This document shows positions 15,149 to 24,133 of a DNA stretch of 64,000 nucleotides, piece by piece. Position numbers and translations under genes: made by a program. The DNA comes from Prochlorococcaceae cyanobacterium (GTDB taxonomy: Bacteria > Cyanobacteriota > Cyanobacteriia > PCC-6307 > Cyanobiaceae): contig JBIIXY010000001.1 in NCBI GenBank assembly GCA_044347105.1, forward strand, positions 19,984 to 83,983, written 5' to 3'. How positions within the stretch are numbered: position 1 is the stretch's first letter; the number at the start of each line of letters is the position of its first letter. Below the pieces are notes generated by a model, which worked only from the letters and a program-made list of their open reading frames with translations, was not told the origin of the DNA and made no database searches.

Positions 15149-15368
15149 CCACGAACACCTCCTGGGCGCTGCCTCCACGGCGCGCCACCAGCTTGTGCCC
15201 CCCGCTGATCGGCGTGGAGACCCGCAGCCGCAGCCCCGGGCTCCGTCCCCGCACCCGGCAGATCACCGCCGGTGTCACCGTATCGACCCCCGGCAGTGCG
15301 GCCAGCCGCCTGAGCAGGGGGATCAGCCCCTCCAGGTAGGTGCTGTGGGTCACCACCAGCCGTCCCAT
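15090..15368 (-). CDS. Small conserved protein (DUF2103-like, recalled)
   Basis: ATG 15368 inside ORF 15090..15542; [74 protein letters not shown]; the start shares one base with the clpS stop (TGATG). Confidence 0.6.
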   Translation of the reverse strand: MGRLVVTHSTYLEGLIPLLRRLAALPGVDTVTPAVICRVRGRSPGLRLRVSTPISGGHKLVARRGGSAQEVFVVTAWSRDQLQRELDQLLAG

Positions 15369-15685
15369 CAGTCGGGTTGCAAGGGCGCCATGGTGAGGCC
15401 CTCGGCCGCCAGCTGCTGGTGAACCAGCTCCGCCTGCTCCTGGGGGCCGCACCACACCACCGCCGAGCCCTCGCCATCGATGCGATGGGCCAGATCCCAG
15501 GCCTTGTCGGGCTGCATGCCCGGGATGTAGCGAACCAGGCACTCCACCACGTGCTGAAAGGTGTTCACGTCGTCATCCAGCACCACCACCCGGAAGTTGG
15601 GATAGGGCTTGCGGATGCGCTGGGCCTGCTGTTTCACCACCGGCGCTGTGGCGGCCATGCCCACCCTGTTCAAGATGCGTCCCAT
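15368..15685 (-). CDS. clpS: ATP-dependent Clp protease adaptor ClpS
   Basis: 105 aa; ClpS core [28 protein letters not shown] ... [17 protein letters not shown]. Confidence 0.9.
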   Translation of the reverse strand: MGRILNRVGMAATAPVVKQQAQRIRKPYPNFRVVVLDDDVNTFQHVVECLVRYIPGMQPDKAWDLAHRIDGEGSAVVWCGPQEQAELVHQQLAAEGLTMAPLQPD

Positions 15686-15747
15686 CCGAAATCAGCTCGC
15701 CTGGCAACGAGCCTAAGTACAGTGCGGCACAGCTTCTTTCTGCTCCC

Positions 15748-15849
15748 ATGCTGATCACCCTGGGTTGGGCCTCCCTGGCTGCTCTGTTCAGCTTTTCCAT
15801 CGCCATGGTGGTGTGGGGCCGTCACGGCGACGGCAGCATCAATTTCTGA
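15748..15849 (+). CDS. petN: Cytochrome b6f complex subunit PetN
   Basis: Below track cutoff. [33 protein letters not shown], near-identical in pattern to picocyanobacterial PetN (..[23 protein letters not shown]..). Confidence 0.9.
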   Translation: MLITLGWASLAALFSFSIAMVVWGRHGDGSINF

Positions 15850-15874
15850 GCGCGTCCCAGCTGATCCCGTCACT

Positions 15875-16051
15875 GTGGACACGATCACAGCCCACTCGCT
15901 GTTCACAGCCAACCAGCTGCTGGGTGGCCTCGCTGCAGCTTTGCTGGTGTTTGTGAGTGGCGGTGTGGTCTACCTCTCCACCGTGGAGTGGCGCGACCGC
16001 CGCCGGCGCGCCCGGGCGGAGAACCCCTCCCGTTCTGGCCGCAGGTTGTGA
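15875..16051 (+). CDS. Candidate 58-aa single-TM protein
   Basis: Below track cutoff. GTG 15875. VDTITAHSLFTANQLLGGLAAALLVFVSGGVVYLSTVEWRDRRRRARAENPSRSGRRL: hydrophobic helix then basic tail. The stop forms GTGA with a possible cofH GTG start at 16048. Confidence 0.35.
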   Translation: MDTITAHSLFTANQLLGGLAAALLVFVSGGVVYLSTVEWRDRRRRARAENPSRSGRRL

Positions 16052-17289
16052 GCGGAGCGTCGGTTCACCCCCATCTGGCTGCCTGGTCCTGGCGTGATGC
16101 CGCAGCGCTGCTGGTCAGTCCGCCCCCGGTTGCGCTTGCTGCGCGTTGGCAGCAAGCCAGCGCCGCCGACCTGCTCGACCGCATCCTGGCTGTTCATCCC
16201 CCGGCCCAGCCCGACCCCGGTCTGGCGCTGGCTTTGCTGGAGCACTCCTGGCAGGGTTCCGATCTCCACCAGTTGCGCGCCAGGGCCGATGCGCTTCGCC
16301 GCAGCCTGGTGGGGGACACGGTCACCTACGTGGTGAACCGCAACCTCAATGCCTCCAATCTCTGCGTTCAGCGCTGTTCCTTCTGCGCCTTCCGCAGAGA
16401 CCCCGGCCAACCGGGTGCTTACTGGCTCACCACCCCGGAGCTGCAGCAGCGGGCCCGGCAGGCCCAAGACGCCGGGGCTACCGAACTGTGTGTGCAGGGC
16501 GGGCTCAACCCCCTGGCCCGGGTGAATGGCAGTCACCTCGCCTATGCGGAGCAGCTGCTCGAGGCCCTGCAGGAGGCTGCGCCAGGCATTCACCTGCATG
16601 CCTTCTCACCCCAGGAACTGCTGTTCTTTGCGGAGCGGGATGGGCTGCAGCTTGAGCTGGTGCTCCAGCGGTTGCAGCGGGCCGGTCTCGGTTCTGTGCC
16701 AGGCACCGCCGCTGAAGTGTTGTCGGAGCGGCTGCGCCGCCGCATCTGTCCCGAGAAGCTCAGTGCCCGGGCCTGGGTGGCGGTGATGCTCGAGGTGCAT
16801 CGCGCGGGACTGGCCAGCACCAGCACCCTGCTGGCGGGCCACATCGAGCAACCGGCCGATCTGGCGGCCCATCTGCTCACCCTGGTGGCGATTCAGGCAC
16901 GGGCCCGCCGGGATGGGGTGCCGGGCTTCAGTGAGTTTGTGCTGCTGCCGTTCATCGGCGAAGCAGCTCCGGCGGTGCTGCGTGGACAGGTGGGCCGCGA
17001 CCAACCGGACCAGCTGGCCATGTTGCGGCTCACGGCCCTGGCCCGGCTGATTCTGGGGGCCTGGATCCCGGCCCACCAACCCAGTTGGGTGAAACTGGGC
17101 CTCGACGGTGCCACGGAAGCCCTCACCTGGGGATGCAATGACCTGGGCGGAACCCTGATGGAAGAGCACATCACCACCATGGCTGGAGCCCGGGGCGGCT
17201 CCTCCCAGTCCCCGGCCGACCTGCGTCGAGCCGCCAGTCGGCTGCACCGCCCTGTGCGCCAGCGCACCACCCTCTACGGCTCGGTCTGA
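15988..17289 (+). CDS. cofH: FO (7,8-didemethyl-8-hydroxy-5-deazariboflavin) synthase subunit CofH
   Basis: Radical-SAM cluster motif in CofH context VTYVVNRNLNASNLCVQRCSFCAF; about 430 aa; true start probably GTG 16048. Confidence 0.85.
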   Translation: MARPPPARPGGEPLPFWPQVVSGASVHPHLAAWSWRDAAALLVSPPPVALAARWQQASAADLLDRILAVHPPAQPDPGLALALLEHSWQGSDLHQLRARADALRRSLVGDTVTYVVNRNLNASNLCVQRCSFCAFRRDPGQPGAYWLTTPELQQRARQAQDAGATELCVQGGLNPLARVNGSHLAYAEQLLEALQEAAPGIHLHAFSPQELLFFAERDGLQLELVLQRLQRAGLGSVPGTAAEVLSERLRRRICPEKLSARAWVAVMLEVHRAGLASTSTLLAGHIEQPADLAAHLLTLVAIQARARRDGVPGFSEFVLLPFIGEAAPAVLRGQVGRDQPDQLAMLRLTALARLILGAWIPAHQPSWVKLGLDGATEALTWGCNDLGGTLMEEHITTMAGARGGSSQSPADLRRAASRLHRPVRQRTTLYGSV

Positions 17290-18845
17290 TGCGTCTTCGT
17301 CTCCCCTCCCTGCCGGCCAGGCTGCGCCTTCCCGCCTTCCCCAGCCCCCCTTCCTGGGCCTGGCCCAAGGGGGCATCGCCCCCTGCCAATCCCTCGCAGC
17401 CTTGGACGAGGCGCCTGCCCCTGCGCTGCACCCTGCTGGCTACAGCAGCACTGCTGGCGCTTCCCAGCGCGTTCCTGCTGAGCCTGCCGAGGCCCCGAGC
17501 CGAGGGGCTTGGTCGCCTGCTTCCCCATGCCGCCCTGCTCCAGAGTTTCCCCGGGGCCCCGCAGCGGGCAGCTCCCCAGCTCTGGCAACAGCGCCTGCCC
17601 GGTGAGCTTGCCAACCAGTTCTGGCCTCAGCAGCGCCAGCTGTGGTGGCAGCTCTGGGCCCAGGACGGCAGCCTGGGCGCTTATCTGGTCATGCCCACCC
17701 CACGGCCGATCCGGATCGGCGCCCAGCGACGCCCCCCCAACAGCGTGGAGGTGGATGGGCTGCTGGTGGTGGCACCCAACCCACTGGCCCTCAATCTGCT
17801 CAACCAGAAGCTGCGCACGGCACCGCGCCAGCAGCGGGGCCTGCAGCAGCGCTGTCTGGAGTTGCTGCAGAGCCGGCAGTCGGCCTACTGGAGTCCGGAT
17901 GGTCTCAATGCCATGGCAGGAGCCCTGGCGCCGCTGCTGCAGGCCTTCCAGGAGGGCTGTGTGGAGCTGCAACTGGCTGATGGCGCTCTGCAGTTCGAAG
18001 GAGAGGCCACCGCCATCGCCGGTTTGCTCAATCCTGTCGCACCGGCCGTCGGCAAGGTGTCTAGCGGCGCTGACAGCACGCCAGCCTCAGGCTCCAGCAG
18101 CCTGCCCCAGCCGCTGCCCAGCAGCCTGCTTCTGCAGGTGAGCGGCCGCTCCCTGCAGCCTCTGCTGGCTGGCTTGCTGGGCCGTGAGCTGATCCGTGAG
18201 CCGCTGATCACGGCCTACGGCCTCAGCGAAGCTGACATCAGGCTGCTCAAGGACAGCCCCTTCCAGCTCAGCCTGCGGCCCCTGGCCAGCGGCCCCTTCC
18301 AGGCCGGCCTCGAGCTCGTGGTCGCTCCCCGGGGCGATCGCGGCAAGTGGACCCGGATGCTCGATGGCATCTCCGAGCGTCTTTACGAGCGGGGGCTGCA
18401 GAGTGTGGCCGAGACCGCCACCAGCTGGCGCGATGCTGATGAGCGCATCGTGGGTGGTTGGCGCTGGTTGCCCGCGACCGGCAAGCAGCCTCTGCTGCAA
18501 CTGTTCCTGGGCCCGGAGCCCCCACCGTTCCGAACCGCCCTGGCCAAGCCCGAGCAGTGGCAGGCCCTGCCCACCCTGCAGCTCCAGGCCCGACCGGGTG
18601 CCCTGGCGAATGCGGCCCTGTTGCCGCTGCAGCTGCCCATGCCCCTGCAGCAGGCCGATCAGCTGGAGGTGCTGGCCCAGACGACCGGCAGCGGCAACGA
18701 CGTTCCCAGCAAACTGCTGGGGCGGATGGCGATCACATCCCGGCCGACCGCTCCCCAGACGATGATCCCCCGTCAGGCCCCGGCTCTGCAGAATTCGCCT
18801 CAACCCCAGCCTCAGACGCAGGTTCCCCTGCCGGTGGCTCCGTAG
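17289..18845 (+). CDS. Large conserved cyanobacterial hypothetical protein (DUF3352-like, recalled)
   Basis: 518 aa; the ATG shares a base with the cofH stop (TGATG); N-terminal hydrophobic segment (LLATAALLALPSAFLL); function unknown. Confidence 0.7.
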   Translation: MRLRLPSLPARLRLPAFPSPPSWAWPKGASPPANPSQPWTRRLPLRCTLLATAALLALPSAFLLSLPRPRAEGLGRLLPHAALLQSFPGAPQRAAPQLWQQRLPGELANQFWPQQRQLWWQLWAQDGSLGAYLVMPTPRPIRIGAQRRPPNSVEVDGLLVVAPNPLALNLLNQKLRTAPRQQRGLQQRCLELLQSRQSAYWSPDGLNAMAGALAPLLQAFQEGCVELQLADGALQFEGEATAIAGLLNPVAPAVGKVSSGADSTPASGSSSLPQPLPSSLLLQVSGRSLQPLLAGLLGRELIREPLITAYGLSEADIRLLKDSPFQLSLRPLASGPFQAGLELVVAPRGDRGKWTRMLDGISERLYERGLQSVAETATSWRDADERIVGGWRWLPATGKQPLLQLFLGPEPPPFRTALAKPEQWQALPTLQLQARPGALANAALLPLQLPMPLQQADQLEVLAQTTGSGNDVPSKLLGRMAITSRPTAPQTMIPRQAPALQNSPQPQPQTQVPLPVAP

Positions 18846-19530
18846 CACCGCCTTCCTGCTCGCCTGCGGCTGCCTGCTGTCGTTCGCGCTTGCGGCGCTC
18901 AGCCGCCACCGTTTCCTCCATCAGCTCCACCGCTTGGGCCATCTTCTCCAGGTTGCCGGCGTAGAGGCTGAGATCCTTGTCCAGGCGATCGCGCAGCAGC
19001 CCCATGGCCTCGCCCAGGTCGTGGGCGTAGCGGCGCAGATTGGCGGGGTCCATGCCATCAGCCCCCTGGGCCTGCTCCAGCAGGCTGAGCAGGCCCACGG
19101 CCATCAGCCGCGAGTAGTGGAAATCGGGGCGGCGGATGTTGGCCAGGGCCGTGCCCAGCGGCTCCGGCGCGCCCTTGCCCTGCTCCTGGATCCACTGCTC
19201 CACCTCGCTCACGCTGTGTTGGCCGATCGCGGCCACAGCGGCATCGCGCTGGCGGCGCAGGGCGGCTGCATCAAACCCGGAGGCGCTGCAAAGGGCTGCC
19301 AGCAGCTCTTCCCGTTGTCCGTCGGGACGGTAGCCGCGGGCAAAGCTGTCGAACACCTGGATCAGCCCGGAGGCAAACAGGGGATCGCTCTGAAATCCCC
19401 GCTGGCGGCTCAGCAGGTGCAGCTCCACCAGCAGTTCGTCGACCAGGCGCCGGTAGAGCGGCGCGATCACGTGGGGGAAGGCGCTGTGGAAGGCGCGCTT
19501 GCTGTCTGAAACGGTGAGGGCGGCGCTCAC
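18733..19530 (-). CDS. thf1: Thylakoid formation protein Thf1 / Psb29
   Basis: ORF 18733..19611; Thf1 pattern TVSDSKRAFHSAFPHVIAPLYRRLVDELLVELHLL ... FHYSRLMAVGLLSLLE ... DLSLYAGNLEKMAQAVELMEE; GTG 19530 likely start; acidic low-complexity C-tail. Confidence 0.85.
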   Translation of the reverse strand: MSAALTVSDSKRAFHSAFPHVIAPLYRRLVDELLVELHLLSRQRGFQSDPLFASGLIQVFDSFARGYRPDGQREELLAALCSASGFDAAALRRQRDAAVAAIGQHSVSEVEQWIQEQGKGAPEPLGTALANIRRPDFHYSRLMAVGLLSLLEQAQGADGMDPANLRRYAHDLGEAMGLLRDRLDKDLSLYAGNLEKMAQAVELMEETVAAERRKRERQQAAAGEQEGGATEPPAGEPASEAGVEANSAEPGPDGGSSSGERSAGM

Positions 19531-19604
19531 GCTGCACGGTCCGGAGTGGAGCGACCCTAGCGGCCTGAGCTCAGTAGGATCAGCCCCAGCAACCCCATCT
19601 GCCT

Positions 19605-20201
19605 GTGACAACGATCCCGATTGTGATTGAGGAGTCGGGACGGGGTGAACGTGCGTTCGACATCTATTCCCGTCTGCTGCGCGAGCGGATCGTGTTCCTC
19701 GGCGAACCGGTGACCGCCGAATCGGCCAACCGGATCGTGGCCCAGCTGCTCTTCCTGGAGGCTGAGGATCCCGACAAGGACATTTATCTCTACATCAACT
19801 CGCCGGGAGGCTCGGTCTACGACGGCCTGGGCATTTTCGACACCATGCAGCACATCAAGCCCGACGTTCAAACGGTGTGCGTGGGCCTGGCAGCCTCGAT
19901 GGGCGCCTTTCTGCTTTGTGCCGGCACCCAGGGCAAGCGCAGCAGCCTCACGCATTCGCGGATCATGATCCACCAGCCGCTCGGCGGCGCCCGCGGTCAG
20001 GCCAGTGACATCCGCATCCAGGCCGATGAGATTCTGTATCTCAAGAAGAAGCTCAATCAGGAACTGGCCGATCGCACCGGTCAGCCCCTGGAGCGCGTGG
20101 AAGAGGACACCGACCGCGATTTCTTCATGTCTCCCGCCGAAGCGGTGGAGTACGGCCTGATCGACAAGGTGATCGAGAAGCGTCCGGTGCGCCCGGTCTG
20201 A
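19605..20201 (+). CDS. clpP: ATP-dependent Clp protease proteolytic subunit ClpP
   Basis: 198 aa, GTG start; catalytic-triad context [30 protein letters not shown]. Confidence 0.95.
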   Translation: MTTIPIVIEESGRGERAFDIYSRLLRERIVFLGEPVTAESANRIVAQLLFLEAEDPDKDIYLYINSPGGSVYDGLGIFDTMQHIKPDVQTVCVGLAASMGAFLLCAGTQGKRSSLTHSRIMIHQPLGGARGQASDIRIQADEILYLKKKLNQELADRTGQPLERVEEDTDRDFFMSPAEAVEYGLIDKVIEKRPVRPV

Positions 20202-20205
20202 GCTC

Positions 20206-20391
20206 ATGGCCATGGGGAGTCGGCAGCCCAGACGAGGGTTGCCGCCCAGCCAGCGACCCAGCAAGGTCTGCCCAACCTGTGGCAGGCCTTTTCTGTGGCG
20301 GAAGAAGTGGGCGGATGTGTGGGATCAGGTGATCTACTGCTCCGAGCGCTGTCGCCGCAACAAAAATGCCCAACAAAAACCCGGGGCATGA
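20206..20391 (+). CDS. DUF2256 zinc-ribbon protein
   Basis: 61 aa; [32 protein letters not shown] is the DUF2256 signature as I recall it. Confidence 0.7.
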   Translation: MAMGSRQPRRGLPPSQRPSKVCPTCGRPFLWRKKWADVWDQVIYCSERCRRNKNAQQKPGA

Positions 20392-20421
20392 ACCCCGGGC
20401 AATGCTCTGTGCTGGTCTTGC

Positions 20422-22365
20422 TCAGGCCTGGGCTGGCTCAGGCTGGGGCTTGGCGGAGTCGTTGCTGAGCAGCGGCGAGAAACGCTCCTTCTCAGGAATG
20501 GTGGTGAACTCGGCCACGATCGCCCGGAACTCATCACCATCGAGGCTCTCCTTCTCGATCAGCACCTCCACCACCCGGTCCATGGCCTCGCGATGGGCCG
20601 CCACCAGCTTCACCGTGTCGGTGTAGCAGCTCTGCACGATCTGGCGAACGGCCTCATCGATCCGGCTGGCCATCTTGTTGGAGGCGTCGCTGCGGGTCAT
20701 CAGATCGCGCCCCAGGAACACCTCCTGGTTGCCGGCCTCCAGCGAGAACTGGCCGATGTCGCTCATGCCGAAGCGGGTCACCATCTGACGGGCAATGGAG
20801 GCCACCTGCTGGATGTCGCCGCCGGCGCCGGTGGTGACCTCGGCATGGCCGAACACCACATCCTCAGCAGCCCGACCGCCGAGGGCACCCATGATCCGGG
20901 CCCGCAGCTGGGCCCGGCTCACGAGCATCTGCTCCTCATCGGGGGAGAACCAGGTGAGGCCCTGGGCCTGACCACGGGGGATCAGCGTGACCTTCTGCAC
21001 GGGGTCATGGGCCTTCACCAGGGTGCCCACCAGGGCATGGCCCACCTCGTGATAAGCGATCAGACGCTTGCTGCGACCATCGGTGAGGGGCTTGCCCTCC
21101 ATCCCGGCGATCACCCGGTCCACCGCATCATCAATTTCCGCCAGGGTGGTGGCTTCTTTGCGGCGGCGCGCCGTGAGAATCGCCGCCTCGTTGAGCAGGT
21201 TGGCCAGGTCGGCACCGGAGAAGCCAGGGGTGCGCCGTGCGATGGCTTCAAGGCTCACGTCTTCCGCCAGCTTCTTGTTGCGGCTGTGCACCCCCAGGAT
21301 CTCCAGCCGGCCCTTGATGTCCGGTACATCCACCATCACCTGCCGGTCGAAGCGGCCGGGGCGGAGCAGGGCGGAATCGAGCACATCGGCCCGGTTGGTG
21401 GCGGCGATGATGATGATGCCGCTGTTGCCCTCGAAGCCGTCCATCTCGGTGAGCAGCTGGTTGAGGGTCTGCTCCCGTTCGTCGTTGCCGCCGCCCACAC
21501 CGGCACCGCGCTGGCGGCCCACCGCGTCGATCTCATCGATGAAGATCAGGCAGGGGCTGTTCTCCTTGGCGCGCTTGAACAGATCGCGCACGCGGCTGGC
21601 GCCGACGCCCACGAACATCTCCACAAACTCCGAGCCCGACAGGGAGAAGAAGGGCACACCGGCTTCTCCAGCGATCGCCTTGGCCAGCAGGGTTTTACCG
21701 GTGCCGGGAGGGCCCACCAGCAGCACACCCTTGGGAATCTTGGCGCCCACGGAGGTGAAGCGCTCGGGGGTCTTCAGGAAGGTCACCACTTCCTGCAGGT
21801 CCTGCTTGGCCTCCTCAACCCCCGCCACGTCGTTGAACTTCACGCCGGTCTCGGCTTCCATGGCGAAGCGCGCCTTGGTCTTGCCGAACTGCATCGCCTG
21901 GCCAGGACCGCCTGGCATGCCGTTGCCCCGGCGTGCCAGAAAGATCAGGGAGCCGATCAGCAGCAGCGGAAACAGCAGGTTGCCGAGGATGCCCAGGGCC
22001 GGCGGCGTCTGGCGCGGCGGGTGGATGTCGAAACTGATGCCCTGCTCCTTCAGGTTGTTCACCAGTTCCGGAGCCAGGCCTGGCAGATCCACCCGCAGGC
22101 GCTGCACCCGGTTGTCCAGATCCGGATCCACCACCTCGATCACGGCGTTGCGGCCGCCGTCGTAGATGTCCACGGCGGTGACCCGTCCCGCCTCCACATA
22201 GTCGAGGAAGCGGCCGTAGCTCATCCGGGCCACGGCGGTGTTGCGCGGAGCCGCAGTGGGGGCGTTGGGGCTGAGATTGCCGCTGCGGAACACCTGCAGA
22301 CCGAGGAAGGCCACGACCGCAAGGGGCAGCAACCAGAGGGCCAGAACACGCCAGCGCTGATTCAT
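20422..22365 (-). CDS. ftsH: ATP-dependent zinc metalloprotease FtsH
   Basis: 647 aa; two N-terminal TM, Walker A GPPGTGKT, Walker [13 protein letters not shown] region, zinc site HEVGHAL. Confidence 0.95.
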   Translation of the reverse strand: MNQRWRVLALWLLPLAVVAFLGLQVFRSGNLSPNAPTAAPRNTAVARMSYGRFLDYVEAGRVTAVDIYDGGRNAVIEVVDPDLDNRVQRLRVDLPGLAPELVNNLKEQGISFDIHPPRQTPPALGILGNLLFPLLLIGSLIFLARRGNGMPGGPGQAMQFGKTKARFAMEAETGVKFNDVAGVEEAKQDLQEVVTFLKTPERFTSVGAKIPKGVLLVGPPGTGKTLLAKAIAGEAGVPFFSLSGSEFVEMFVGVGASRVRDLFKRAKENSPCLIFIDEIDAVGRQRGAGVGGGNDEREQTLNQLLTEMDGFEGNSGIIIIAATNRADVLDSALLRPGRFDRQVMVDVPDIKGRLEILGVHSRNKKLAEDVSLEAIARRTPGFSGADLANLLNEAAILTARRRKEATTLAEIDDAVDRVIAGMEGKPLTDGRSKRLIAYHEVGHALVGTLVKAHDPVQKVTLIPRGQAQGLTWFSPDEEQMLVSRAQLRARIMGALGGRAAEDVVFGHAEVTTGAGGDIQQVASIARQMVTRFGMSDIGQFSLEAGNQEVFLGRDLMTRSDASNKMASRIDEAVRQIVQSCYTDTVKLVAAHREAMDRVVEVLIEKESLDGDEFRAIVAEFTTIPEKERFSPLLSNDSAKPQPEPAQA

Positions 22366-22442
22366 AGCTGAGACACTTTCTTAACAACTGTAACGGGGGC
22401 GACCCTCGATCCAGGTGCTCGCCGCCCGCCAGTTCGACCCGC

Positions 22443-22766
22443 TCAACCTGCAGCGGCCCAGGATTCCAGCAGTTCGTCCTGAACCAGGCCACCCACCGCT
22501 TCCAGGGCTGACTGTCCGGCAGGGGTTTCGATCGCCAGATCCCGGCTCGGGATGGTCTCGATCAACTCCGGTCCCCCAAGGCCATGGGTCCAGATCTCCA
22601 GCTCGGCATCCGGCGGACAGGCAAAGCTGAGCAGCTCAAACGGAAACACCACCCGCTCCAGAAAGAAGGTGTCCCCTGCGAAGCAACGGGCGATCACCAT
22701 CCGATCGCTGCTGTTCCGATATCCGCATGCGAGCTGGTCCAAGGGGGAGATGGGCCGTAAGTTCAT
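22443..22766 (-). CDS. DUF1830-like cyanobacterial protein
   Basis: 107 aa; LACGYRNSSDRMVIARC ... FLERVVFPFELLSFACPPDAELEIW resembles DUF1830 (from memory). Confidence 0.6.
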   Translation of the reverse strand: MNLRPISPLDQLACGYRNSSDRMVIARCFAGDTFFLERVVFPFELLSFACPPDAELEIWTHGLGGPELIETIPSRDLAIETPAGQSALEAVGGLVQDELLESWAAAG

Positions 22767-22883
22767 CTACTAATGCATTCAGAGCCCCCGGTGGTTGGTG
22801 CCTGATGCAACCTTTTGGCCGATCGGGGCTGAGGTTTAAGCCTTTCTTCCGTTTCGCGTGTCCGAGCCCGCCGCGTACCAGGC

Positions 22884-24113
22884 TCAAAGGCTGCGCAACG
22901 CCACGATTGGATCGAGCTGGGAAGCCCGGCGGGCCGGCACCACCCCGAAAAACAGACCGATGGATCCGGACAGCACCACCGTGAGCAGCACGGTGCCGCC
23001 GCCGATGGCTGCCGGCAGGGGTGTCACCACCCCCACCAGGCTCACGGCACCGATCCCGAGCGCGGTGCCGATCGCTCCCCCCAGGCTGGCCAGCACCAGC
23101 GACTCCACCAGGAACTGCAGCAACACATCGCCGCTGCGGGCACCCAGGGCCTTGCGCAGGCCGATCTCAGCGGTGCGCTCACTCACCGACACCAGCATGA
23201 TGTTCATGATGCCGATGCCGCCCACCAGCAGGGACACCCCGCCAATGGCTGCCAGCATCAGGGTGAGCCCGCCGGTGATGGTGCTCACAATCGTGAGGGC
23301 ATCCTTCTGGGACCGCACGGCGAAATCGTCGTCCCGCAGGATGCGGTGTCGCTGACGCAGCAGGTTGGTGATCTGGAAAGCGGCGGCGTTGATGCTCGCG
23401 GAATCGCGTGCCTCCACGCTGATGGAGTTGAGGCTGATGCCGTAGGTGGGGTCCCGGCCCGAGAGCTGATTCACCATCGTATTCAGCGGGATGTAGGCGT
23501 TCTCGTCCTGGTTCTGGCCAAAGACGGCCCCCTTGGGCGCCAGCACGCCGATCACCTCGAAGGCCGTGTTGCGGATGCGCAGAATGCGGCCCAGCGGTTC
23601 CTGGGCGGGGAACATCTTGCTGGCCAGATCGGGCCCGATCACCGCGACGTTGCGGGCGCTTTCCAGATCGCTGGGGCTGAAGAAGCGGCCCCGCTCCATT
23701 TCAAACTGGCGCACCGGCAGAAACTCGGGCGTCACACCCAGCACGGATGCACTGGTGGTTATTCCCCCCACCTGCAGCACCTCGCTGAGGGTGATCTGAG
23801 GTGCCACCCGGCTCACGGTGGGCACCTGCTCGGCGATCGCCTTGGCGTCGTCCAGCACCAGAGTCTTGGGGAAGTCGATGCCCTGGCGCCGGGTGTCGTT
23901 GTTGCCGGGCACCACAAACAGCACGTTGGCGCCCAGATTGCTGAGCTGGCCCTCAGCCAGGTTCTGGGCGCCCCGGCCCACGCCCACCAGGGTGATCACC
24001 GAGGCGTTGCCGATCACAATGCCCAGCATGGTGAGCAGGCTGCGCAGGCGATTGGCCCTCAGGGTGGAGAGGGCCATCCCCACCGTTTCGCTGAGAGGAA
24101 GCTTGGGGGCCAT
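22884..24113 (-). CDS. ABC transporter permease, MacB/FtsX (DevC-like) family
   Basis: 409 aa; N-terminal TM, large extracytoplasmic domain, C-terminal FtsX domain (SVSERTAEIGLRKALGA). Confidence 0.85.
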   Translation of the reverse strand: MAPKLPLSETVGMALSTLRANRLRSLLTMLGIVIGNASVITLVGVGRGAQNLAEGQLSNLGANVLFVVPGNNDTRRQGIDFPKTLVLDDAKAIAEQVPTVSRVAPQITLSEVLQVGGITTSASVLGVTPEFLPVRQFEMERGRFFSPSDLESARNVAVIGPDLASKMFPAQEPLGRILRIRNTAFEVIGVLAPKGAVFGQNQDENAYIPLNTMVNQLSGRDPTYGISLNSISVEARDSASINAAAFQITNLLRQRHRILRDDDFAVRSQKDALTIVSTITGGLTLMLAAIGGVSLLVGGIGIMNIMLVSVSERTAEIGLRKALGARSGDVLLQFLVESLVLASLGGAIGTALGIGAVSLVGVVTPLPAAIGGGTVLLTVVLSGSIGLFFGVVPARRASQLDPIVALRSL

Positions 24114-24133
24114 GGCCAGGGGCTGCTGGATCC

